Below, piece after piece: positions 25,767 to 34,800 of a DNA stretch of 37,382 bases. The position numbers and the translations under genes were made by a program. Where the stretch lies: contig CANKOL010000006.1 in the NCBI GenBank assembly GCA_947483975.1, forward strand, positions 1 through 37,382, written 5' to 3'. The stretch comes from Sandaracinaceae bacterium. Its GTDB lineage: Bacteria; Myxococcota_A; Polyangia; Polyangiales; JADJQN01. Positions within the stretch are counted from its first letter, which is position 1; each line of letters begins with the position of its first letter. The notes below the pieces were generated by a model that saw only the letters and a program-made list of their open reading frames with translations, was not told the DNA's origin and did not search any database.

Positions 25767-27167
25767 TCAGGGGCCGCAGCCGCCCGCACCGCCTGCCGGC
25801 GTCGGGACGAGCGCGACGTCGAGGGACGGCGGCGGGCACGCCGAGAAGTCGAAGAGGTCGAGCGGCACGTCGGCGTTCGCGTCCCGCCCGGTCAGCGCCG
25901 GCAGATCGTGCAGGAGCTCGATGAAGCGCAGGAGCGAGGTGTGCTCGTACGTCTTGTGCGAGACGTAGTGCGGGCGCGCCCAAGGCGAGATGACGACGAG
26001 CGGCACGCGCACGCCGAGCTGGTTGAACTCCGCCTGGTCCGCGCTCGCGAGGCACGCCTCGGGCGGCGGCAGATGGTCGCCCAGCCCGCCCGCCTCGTCG
26101 TAGGTGTGGAAGATGGCGAGCGTCGGCCAGAGCGGGCTGCGGAACGCCGCCATGTCGATGCGCCGCGACCACGCCTCGCCGGGCTGCACGTCGTTCGGCG
26201 GGTGCTCGTCCTGCGTGCCGGCGGGATCGACGAAGGAGACGCTCGGCAGCGTGCCCTCCGCGAGATCGCGGAGGAACTGCGCGAACGTGAACACGCCCGC
26301 GTGCGTGCGGTCCCAGCCGAGCGAGTCCATGCGCGGCGCGCCGTCGCTGTACGCGCCCCAGCTCACGCCCTGCGCGTCGAGCGCGCTGAAGAGCGTCGGA
26401 ACAGCGCCGAGGGCGCGGTCGCCGGTGTTCTTCACGCCGTACGAGCTGCCCGCGTAGAGGTAGTCGCGGTTCGCCCAGGTCCCGGAGAGAATGGCGCTGA
26501 AGTAATGATCGGCGATCGCGAATTGTCCGGCGCGCCAGTAATAATAGGGAAGATCGGGCTGGTCGTAGCTGCCCATCGTGTACTGCCCGTTCGAGCCGCC
26601 GACGGCCGCGACGCGCACGAAGCCGTCCATCGCCCCGCCGTTCCACGCCGCGCGCATCGCGGTCCATTGGTGCGGCGGATCTGCTTCGAGGCAGGTGGAG
26701 TCAGCGGGGAAGGGCTCGACGCGCGTGCCGTCGCTCGCGAGCGAAGCCCAGCTCGCAGGGACGGGCTCCGCGTCGGGCTGCGTCGTCTCGCTGAGGTGCC
26801 CGAGCAGGTGATCGAACGAGCGGTTCTCCTGCATGACGATGACGATGTGCGTCAGCGGGATCGCGCGCCGCGCCGCCTCGTCGAGGCCGAGCGTCTCGGC
26901 GACCGTCGCGCCCGCCGCGAACTCGCACGCAGCGCGCGCTGTGGCGAAGGGGTCGGGCGGCAGCGCCGGAGAGGGCGCGCACGCGGACGCGTCCCACGGC
27001 AAGGCGCCCGCGTCGGCGGCGCTCGCGTCGCGCGCGGCTCCGTCGCGAAGTCCGCCCGCGTCGTCGGTGCCCATCGCCCACGGTGGCAGGGGGTCGGAGC
27101 CGCACGCGGCGAGGAGCGAGAGCAGCGCGAGCGCAGTGTGGAAGCGGACGGAAATGCGAAACGGCAT
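25767..27167 (-). CDS. Phosphoesterase / non-specific phospholipase C family lipoprotein
   Basis: Lipobox LLAA-C. HIVIVMQENRSFDH, 'DPPH.W', 'NGGAMDGF', 'FAIADHYFS', 'GTWANR', 'DEHPP', 'TYDEAGG..DH.PPP', 'LGVRVP.VVISPW', 'EHTSLLRFIE'. Alternative start GTG 27173. Confidence 0.92.
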   Translation of the reverse strand: MPFRISVRFHTALALLSLLAACGSDPLPPWAMGTDDAGGLRDGAARDASAADAGALPWDASACAPSPALPPDPFATARAACEFAAGATVAETLGLDEAARRAIPLTHIVIVMQENRSFDHLLGHLSETTQPDAEPVPASWASLASDGTRVEPFPADSTCLEADPPHQWTAMRAAWNGGAMDGFVRVAAVGGSNGQYTMGSYDQPDLPYYYWRAGQFAIADHYFSAILSGTWANRDYLYAGSSYGVKNTGDRALGAVPTLFSALDAQGVSWGAYSDGAPRMDSLGWDRTHAGVFTFAQFLRDLAEGTLPSVSFVDPAGTQDEHPPNDVQPGEAWSRRIDMAAFRSPLWPTLAIFHTYDEAGGLGDHLPPPEACLASADQAEFNQLGVRVPLVVISPWARPHYVSHKTYEHTSLLRFIELLHDLPALTGRDANADVPLDLFDFSACPPPSLDVALVPTPAGGAGGCGP

Positions 27168-27253
27168 GGACACGCCGCAGCGTGCCTCATGCCGTCTCTC
27201 GTTTCTACCGAGGAGCGCGCTGCGCGACTAGCGCACAGCGCGCGTCACGCGGC

Positions 27254-30200
27254 TCAGGGCGTGTAGCGGTAGCCGGTGCCGGTGACTGCGGAGGCGCCGG
27301 TGTTGTAGGAGGTCTGGACGCCCAGGCCGCCCGACGCGTTCTCGATGCCGATGGTCGCGCTGCTGCCCGTCGCGGCGCTCGAGCCCGTCCCGGTCGAGCA
27401 GTAGTGAATCTCGATCACGTTGCTCGTCTCGTTGAGCTGCACTTGGAAACGCAGGTTGTCCGCCGCGAAGTGCGAGGCGCTCCACTCGAAGACCTGGATG
27501 CGGCTCGGGCCGCTGCCGACGGTCGCCGTGCGGGTGCTGCCGGTGCCACCGCCGAGCAGGGCGCCGATCGACATATCGTCCCAGAGGGGCGCGATGAAGT
27601 TGTTCGGCGTCGAGGTCGAGGGGATGGCGGCGTTGCTGAACGCCGTGCTCGGCGTGCCCGTCGCGCTCGTCCAGAGCTGGAGCAGACCGTTCGAGTTCAT
27701 CGACCAGTGGGTGATGGTCGTTCCGAAGAACGTGAACGGGATCGGCAGCGCCGTGATGGCGGTGGTGGCGTCGTCGGTCGCGCCGGCGACCGTGTACGTG
27801 TTCGCGGGCGAGGTGCTGATGTCGATGCACGCGGCGGTGATCGGCGTCGCGGGCGTCGGGACGTTCACGTAGGTGAACGAGATGTTGAACGTCGAGACCC
27901 CGGTGCCGTAGGAGCGCACCCCGACGAGCCGCGTGAACGCGGTCGCGGTCGCGTTGGTCAGCGTGACGCCCTCCGGCGCGCTGTCGGTGTACGAGACGCA
28001 CGCGGTCTCCGCGCAGGTGTTCTGCGTGAAGAGCACGAGGTCTGAGCTCGCGAGGGGCGTCGTCTGGACCATGACGACCTTCCCCGGCGGGACGGTGACC
28101 GAGTACCAGAGCGCGCGGGCGCCCGCGCCGAAGCCGCAGCCCGTGCCCGTCGGGCGCACACCGCCGCCGGCCGTGCTCTCGCCCGTGTACAAGGTGGAAC
28201 CCGTGATCAGCTCAGCGCTCGCGCAGAACGCGTTCGCCGAGGCGAGCGCGCACACCGACGGCGCGCCGATGCAGGCGAAGCCAGCGTCTTGCGCGCACGC
28301 CGTGCAGCCGTCGCCGGCGACCGCGTTGCCGTCGTCGCAGGTCTCGGGACCCTCGAGGACGCCGTTGCCGCAGACGAACGTCACGTACGTGAAGGCGATG
28401 CTCCACGTCGCGACGCCGGTCGCCGACCAAGGGTGCACGGCGACGACGCGCGTCACGGTGCTCGCGGTGCTGTTGATCAGCGTGCCCTGCTCAGGCGCGC
28501 TGTCGGTGCGGTAGGTGCAAGCCGCGTCGCCGCACGCGTCCTCGGTGAGGAGGACGATGTCGGAGCCCGCGGCGGGCGTCGTCTGCGCGACGACGCGCGT
28601 GCTCGGCGGGATCTGCACGGAGTAATAGATCGCGTTGTTGCTCGCGTTCGTGCCGCAGCCGGTGCCGCTCGGGCGCGGACCGCCGGCGGCCGAGGCCTGC
28701 GCGGTGAGCGTGCTCGTCCCGGTGACGACGGTGCCCGTCGCGCAGAACCCTGCGGGCGACGCGAGGCGGCACACCGAGGGGACCGACGGCGTCGTGTTGG
28801 TGCAGACGTAGTTCGTCTCGACGGTGCAGGTCGCCGAGCAGCCGTCGCCGGCCACCAGGTTGCCGTCGTCACACGACTCGGCGCCCTCGAAGAGCCCGTT
28901 GCCGCAGACGAAAGGCACGTACGTGAACGCGACGTCGAAGAGCGCCTGCGTCGTCGACGCGTACGGGCGGATCGCCACGATGCGCGTGAACGCCGTCGCG
29001 GTCGCGTTGGTCAGCGTCGTGCGCTCGGGCGCGCTGTCGCTGTAGAGGAGGCACGCGGCGGCGCCGCAAGCGTCCTCGACCGCGAGCACGAGGTCGGAGC
29101 CCGCCGCCGGCGTCGTCACCACGTTGACGTTCGTCATCGGGGGGACGGTCACGGAGTAGTAGAGCGTGTTGACGCCGGTGCCGAAGCCGCAGCCCGTGCC
29201 GGTCGGCTTCGCGCCGCCGCCGATGGTCGCCTCACCCGTGTACGCGTCGGTCCCGGTGATGACCGCGGCCGTCGCGCAGGTGCCGTTGGTCGCGCTCGTC
29301 GCGCAGACCGAGGGCGCGCCCGAGCAGATGTAGCCGGGCTCGAGGGTGCACGTCGCCGAGCAGCCGTCCCCCGGGAGGATGCCGCCGTCGTCGCAGACCT
29401 CGGTGCCCTCGAGGACGCCGTTGCCGCAAACGAACGGAACGTACGTGAACGAGATGTCGTAGGTGCCGCTCGTCGTGCTCGAGCCGTACGCGGAGACGGC
29501 CACGATCTGCGTGATCGGGGAGGCCGTGTTGTTCACGATCGTGCCGAGCTCGGGGTCATCGCGCATGAAGCCGCACGTCGTCGCCGCGCACGAGTCCTTG
29601 GCGATCAGCACCGCGTCGAAGGTCGGCGTCACCTCGATGGTCACGGCCGTCAGCGCCGGGATCGTCATCGAGTAGAAGAGCCCCTTGGTGCCCGAGCCGC
29701 CGCCGCAGCCGGTGCCCGTCGGGCGCGTGCCGCCGTAGGCGATGTTCTCGCCGGTGATGCTCGTCGTGGCGCTGACCGCCGTCGCGCCGCCGCAGACCAC
29801 GTTGGCCGGGAGCGTGACGCAGACCGAGGGCGCGCCGCTGCAGCCGTAGCCGGCCTCGATCGCGCAGGTCGCGCTGCAGCCGTTGCCCGAGGTGATCCCG
29901 CCGTCGTCGCACGTCTCACCCACGTTGACGACGCCGTTGCCGCAGAGCGGCGTGCACACGGAGGGCGTGGTGCCCGTGCAGCCGAAGCCGGCTTCGACCG
30001 TGCACGTCGTCGAGCAACCGTCGCTCGCCGCGGTGTTGCCATCGTCGCAGGTCTCGCCGGGGGCGAGGATGGCGTCGCCGCAGACGAGCGGGATGCACGT
30101 CACCACGAACGAGTAGTCGCTCGTCGTCGCGACGCCGCTGTAGATGTCGTAGGCGACGTACTCGGTCTGCCCCGGCTCACCGAAGAAGTTGACCGTCTCG

Positions 30201-31759
30201 GTGGCCGAGACGCCCGTGCTCGAGTCGAGGCAGATGTCGGTGCCAGCGGTCGTCGTGCAGACGTTCGTGCCGTCGCCGCCGTCCCACACGAAGAGATCGA
30301 AGTCGCCCGACGCCGCGCCGCGGGTCGCCACGATCTGCACCGCGACGCGGTCCGCGCCGCTGTTGCGGAAACGGTAGATCCGCTCGGCGCCGTCGTAGTT
30401 GCTGTTGCCATCGCAGTTCGTGGCGATCGCGGTGGTGCCGCCGAGCGTCGTGCCCGTGACGGTGCCGCTCGCGCAGTCGAGGACCGTGGGCTGCGCCTCC
30501 GGGCAGTACGGATCGACGCAAGCCGCAGGGCTGCTCGCGGCGTCGCAGATGTAAGCGCAGGGCGCGCGCGCCGACTCGACGAGGCAGCCATCCGCGTCTG
30601 CGGTGCAGGTGACGAGGGTGTTGCTCGCGCAGGAGGTCGCGCTCGCGCAGGTCGTGATGAGCGAGCAGGGATCGACGCACGTCGCCGTGCCGCCGGTCGC
30701 GTCGCAGACCTCGCTGCCCGCCGCGCAGCTCGTGTCCGTGCTGACGTAGCAGCCGAACGCGTTGGGCGCGCACACGGTGAGCGTGCTGCGGTCCGTGCAC
30801 GCGCGAGCGGGCGCGCTGCCGCAGGTCGTCACGCCGAGGCAGGGGTCCGTCGCCGCGGTCGCGCAGGTCGGCGCGGGCGTCGCCGCCGCGTCGCAGAAGC
30901 CGAACGCCGCGTCCGTGCAGACGGTCCGCGTCTCGATGAGGCAGCCGAACGCGTCCGGCGCGCAGACGACCAGCGACGGTCCGTCGCAGCTCGTGCCTGC
31001 CGCCCCGCACTGCATGACGCCCGCGCACGCGTCGGTCGCCGTGCAGGTCGCCGCGGCGCCCGAGGCGTCGCACGCGCCGCCGGTGCGCGCGGTGCAGTCG
31101 GTCGTCGTCGTGACGAGGCAGCCGAAGGCGTTCGGCGCGCAGGTGACCAGCGAGCCGACGTCACAGCTCGTGCCTGCCGACGCGCAGCGCTCCGCAGCCG
31201 GAATGGCGGCACAAGGGTCGGCCGGCAGCGCGCAGACCGGCATCGCGCCGGTCGTGTCGCAGACGCCGCCCGGGGACGCGGCGCAGTCCTCGACCGTGAG
31301 GACGAGGCAGCCGTCAGCGTTGGGCGCGCAGGTGCTCAGCACGTAGCCGCTGCAGGTGCGCTCGCCGTCCGTCAGGCAGACGGTCTCCGGCGCGAGCAGC
31401 GAGCACGGGTCGACGCACGCGGCGTCGCCGCCGGCGGGCGCGTTGCAGACCTCGCCCGTCGCGCCACAGCCGGTGCGCGTCTCGACGAGGCAGCCATCGG
31501 CGTCCGCCGCGCACACGACGAGCGTGTCGGTGTCGCAGGTCGAGCCCGCGACGTCGCAGAGCGCGCGCCCGGCGCAAGCGCCCGCGTCACCGCCGCCGTC
31601 CCGCCGCATCCCGCCGTCGCCGCCGTCGGGGAGGCGTCCACCATCACCCGCGTCTGCCGTCGGGCCGCCGTCGGTCGGCGTCGGTCGAGGGTCGCCCCCG
31701 CACGCCGCAGTGACACTCACACACAAGAAGAGAGCAGCCCAGCCAGACATTACGCGCAT
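27254..31759 (-). CDS. Very large Cys-rich lipoprotein (1501 aa) with DUF4215-type repeats and a C-terminal NIDO-like domain
   Basis: GGAG precedes ATG 31759. Lipobox VTAA-C. Six CxxxxxGC(L/Y) repeats and five CG(N/D)xxxxxxExCDDG repeats. C-terminal 'DDA....LPIPFTFFG...SNG...IAPLWDD...FQVQL'. Confidence 0.88.
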   Translation of the reverse strand: MRVMSGWAALFLCVSVTAACGGDPRPTPTDGGPTADAGDGGRLPDGGDGGMRRDGGGDAGACAGRALCDVAGSTCDTDTLVVCAADADGCLVETRTGCGATGEVCNAPAGGDAACVDPCSLLAPETVCLTDGERTCSGYVLSTCAPNADGCLVLTVEDCAASPGGVCDTTGAMPVCALPADPCAAIPAAERCASAGTSCDVGSLVTCAPNAFGCLVTTTTDCTARTGGACDASGAAATCTATDACAGVMQCGAAGTSCDGPSLVVCAPDAFGCLIETRTVCTDAAFGFCDAAATPAPTCATAATDPCLGVTTCGSAPARACTDRSTLTVCAPNAFGCYVSTDTSCAAGSEVCDATGGTATCVDPCSLITTCASATSCASNTLVTCTADADGCLVESARAPCAYICDAASSPAACVDPYCPEAQPTVLDCASGTVTGTTLGGTTAIATNCDGNSNYDGAERIYRFRNSGADRVAVQIVATRGAASGDFDLFVWDGGDGTNVCTTTAGTDICLDSSTGVSATETVNFFGEPGQTEYVAYDIYSGVATTSDYSFVVTCIPLVCGDAILAPGETCDDGNTAASDGCSTTCTVEAGFGCTGTTPSVCTPLCGNGVVNVGETCDDGGITSGNGCSATCAIEAGYGCSGAPSVCVTLPANVVCGGATAVSATTSITGENIAYGGTRPTGTGCGGGSGTKGLFYSMTIPALTAVTIEVTPTFDAVLIAKDSCAATTCGFMRDDPELGTIVNNTASPITQIVAVSAYGSSTTSGTYDISFTYVPFVCGNGVLEGTEVCDDGGILPGDGCSATCTLEPGYICSGAPSVCATSATNGTCATAAVITGTDAYTGEATIGGGAKPTGTGCGFGTGVNTLYYSVTVPPMTNVNVVTTPAAGSDLVLAVEDACGAAACLLYSDSAPERTTLTNATATAFTRIVAIRPYASTTQALFDVAFTYVPFVCGNGLFEGAESCDDGNLVAGDGCSATCTVETNYVCTNTTPSVPSVCRLASPAGFCATGTVVTGTSTLTAQASAAGGPRPSGTGCGTNASNNAIYYSVQIPPSTRVVAQTTPAAGSDIVLLTEDACGDAACTYRTDSAPEQGTLINSTASTVTRVVAVHPWSATGVATWSIAFTYVTFVCGNGVLEGPETCDDGNAVAGDGCTACAQDAGFACIGAPSVCALASANAFCASAELITGSTLYTGESTAGGGVRPTGTGCGFGAGARALWYSVTVPPGKVVMVQTTPLASSDLVLFTQNTCAETACVSYTDSAPEGVTLTNATATAFTRLVGVRSYGTGVSTFNISFTYVNVPTPATPITAACIDISTSPANTYTVAGATDDATTAITALPIPFTFFGTTITHWSMNSNGLLQLWTSATGTPSTAFSNAAIPSTSTPNNFIAPLWDDMSIGALLGGGTGSTRTATVGSGPSRIQVFEWSASHFAADNLRFQVQLNETSNVIEIHYCSTGTGSSAATGSSATIGIENASGGLGVQTSYNTGASAVTGTGYRYTP
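27860..29944 (-). repeat. Four coding modules of ~172-178 aa (Cys repeat plus beta-sandwich)
   Basis: CGNG codons begin at 29944, 29428, 28906 and 28372 (spacings 516, 522, 534 bp). Each module contains 'GG.(R/K)P(T/S)GTGCG...YS..(I/V)P...F.YV'. Confidence 0.85.
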
Positions 31760-31860
31760 GAATATTCTCCGCTCCGGTGTCAGCACCGGAGTCAATCGTT
31801 CGACAGTGGGATGGAGGTGCTGCCGTGCTGCGCGAGCGCGCGCGGCCGCCCTGAGCTCGC

Positions 31861-34800
31861 TCAGGGCGTGATGGTGAAGTCGTCGACGGCAAAGCCTTCA
31901 TCGGTGCCGCTGACGTCCGTCGAGAGCACGAAACGGAAACGCACGAGCGGCAGCCCCGCGACGCTCTCCGCGGTGCGTGAGGCGGTGCGCCACACGCCCG
32001 CTGTGCCGCTGTTGCCGTTCCAGGCGTTGGTGACCGCGTCGCTGTACCAGTTGGTGCCGTCGCCGGCGACGCCGAGCTTCGTCCAGGTGCTGCCGTCTCG
32101 AGTGACCTCGAGCCAGCCGCGGTCGGAGCCCACGCGCGTCTTGTAGATGTGGAGGAACGACAGCGTGGGGTCCACGCTCACCGCGGTGAAGTCGAAGCAC
32201 GGCGAGAGCAAGTAGCTGAGCTCGCCGTTGTTGTAGGGCGCCGTCAGGCTCGTCACCCACGCCGACGTCCCCGCGCCCGCGCTCGAGATGAACAGCTTGG
32301 TCGGCGTCCCGCGCGCCCACGAGCTCAGCGTGCCATTCGTCGTCCAGCCGCCCGCGTCAGTCTCGAAGCCCTCCGAGTACGGGACGCCGTCGACCATCGC
32401 GACGATCGGCTCGATGGCCACGATGACCGAGCGAGTGTCGTTCGTCGTGACCGTGTCACCGACGAGCGAGAGCGCGACGGCGATCGTGCGCGACCCGCCC
32501 GTGAGGACGGCGGGAGTCGTGAACGTGTGTTCGTAGACTTCGCCCGGGCGCAGCGTGTGTGTGACGGACTCCGCGACGGGCGCGCCGCCGTCGATCGAGT
32601 ACGAGATGCCGAACGCGCCGACCGTCGTGATTCCGTCGTTGCGCACCGTGGCGCGGATCGGCACCGAGACTCCCGCGCACGCGACCGGAGGTGCCGCGTT
32701 GACGGCCGTCAGCGCGAGGTCTGCGAGCTGGTTGTCGAGCCTCACATCGTCGACGCCGAAGCCCTCGTATTGGAGGCTCGAGTCGGCCGACATCACGAAG
32801 CGCAGTCGCACGTCCGGCTGTCCCGCGACGTCCGTCAGGCGAAGCGAGGCCGTGCGCCAAGCGCCCGCGACTCCGCTCGTGCCGTTCCAGTACTGGCTGG
32901 TGGCGTTGTTGTACCAGTTGGTGCCTTGGCCCGAGAGGCCGAGCTTTCGCCACGCCATGCCGCCGTCCGTCGACACCTCGACCCAGCCCTCGTCGCAGCA
33001 GCTCTCGGTCGTGAAGATGTGCGAGAACGAGAGCTGCGGGTCGCCGAACACCGCCGAGAGATCGAGGCGCGGCGAGGTCAGATAGGAGAGCTCCGAGGTG
33101 TTGTAGTTGCCGAGCAGGTTCGTCACCCACGCCGACGTGCCGGACGCCGCGTGGTTGATGAACGTCGCGGCGGGCGTGCCGCGCGCCCAACTCGACGCCG
33201 TGCCGCTCGTGGTCCAGCCGCCGGCGCTCGCCTCGAAGTCCTCGAAGTACGAGAACCGCGGCCCGCAGATCCCGGCAGCGTCGGGGAAGACCGCCGCGTC
33301 CATGTCGTTGCAGTCGACGTCGCAGTACGCGCCGTCCCCGTCGAGGTCGACGAGCGCGTCGGTCGTCGCGGGGTCGCAGTCGTCGTCGATCAGGTTGCCG
33401 CAGACCTCGAGGGCCGCCGGGGAGACGCGCGCGTTCGCGTCGTTGCAGTCGCCGCAGGTGCCGACGCAGGCTGCGCCGCAGGCGAGGTCTGCGAAGCCGT
33501 CGCGGTCGTCGTCCTCGTTCACGCCGTCGAGCACGCCGTTGCAGTTGTTGTCGATTCCGTCGCAGAGCTCGACGCCGCCCGGGCGCCGCGTGGGGTCCGA
33601 GTCGTCGCAGTCGACGTTGCAGAGCGAGCCGTCCACGTCCGCGTCGAAGCGGTCGGGCGTCGCCGGGTCGCAGTCGTCGTCGAGCGTGTTGTTGCAGAGC
33701 TCCGGGCAGGTCGGGCACGTCGTCGCGCGGAAGTCGTCGCAGTCGACGTCGCACATCGAGCCGTCGCCGTCGAAGTCCGACAGGTCGGGCGTCGCCGCGT
33801 CGCAGTCGTTGTCGAGCCCGTCGCCGCAGACCTCGCGGAAGAGCGGGCTGCGCGCAGGGTCGTGGTCGTCGCAGTCGAAGTTGCAGCTCGAGCCGTCCAT
33901 GTCCGCGTCGAGCGAGTCGCGCGTCGTCGGGCTGCAGTCGTCGTCGATGCGGTTGCAGGGGACCTCGGTCATACCTGGTCCGACCGCGACGTCGTCGTCG
34001 TTGCAGTCGGTGCCGCCGCAGGTGTCGTCGCGCGCGCCGTCCCCGTCGGCGTCGGGACACTCCATGCACAGCGGCGTCAGCGCGCAGTCGATGCCGCAGT
34101 TCGTGCAGGTCTCGCCGCCCTCGCACATCCCGTTGCCGCAAGTGTCCGGCTCGACGACGCAGCGCGACGTGCAGCCGTCGCCGTCGATCGGGTTGCCGTC
34201 GTCGCACTCCTCGCCCGAGGCGGTGTTCACCACCGAGTCGCCGCAGCGCACGAGCGTGCAGTCCGCGTCGCACTCTGCGGTCTGCCCGCCGTCGTCGCAC
34301 TGCTCGCTGCCCGCGAGGACGTGATCGCCGCACACGGCGGGGACGATGCTCCGCGTGCACGTCGACGGCTCGCCCGCGCACTCCCAGCCGAACTCGACGA
34401 AGCAGAGCGCGGCGCAGCCATCGCCGTCCGCGGCGTTGCCGTCGTCGCAGATCTCGGCGGACGAGAGCACCCCGTTGCCGCAGGGGTCGGTGACGGGCGT
34501 CGGGGTGTCACGGACGGTGCAGGCGCCCAGCGTCGCCGCCACGGCTGCGGCCGCGACGAAAGGGAGCAGCGAGCGTCTCCGGCGCCCTGCGAACGCGACG
34601 CCCAGCAGCATCAGCGCGAGGAGGCCGCCGCGCGCGTCGCCGCGGCTCTGCCCAGGGACCGCGCAGCCGCAGCCGCTCGGCTGGGGCGCGGGAGGCGAGA
34701 TGCGCCCGCCGTCCGGCGACACGACGTTCATGTCGAGCGTCGATGGGCCGCCGTCCGTCGTCGGCACTTCGCCGTCGAGCGCGCCAGCGTCGGGCATGCC

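Noticed and set aside
25675..26667. N-terminal 331 aa of the 23452..26667 ORF, and similar extensions of ORFs 46..1332, 12154..13962 and 19512..21368
   Set aside because: They overlap genuine upstream genes in another frame. Internal start codons with SD or ATGA coupling and signal/TM sequences mark the real starts.
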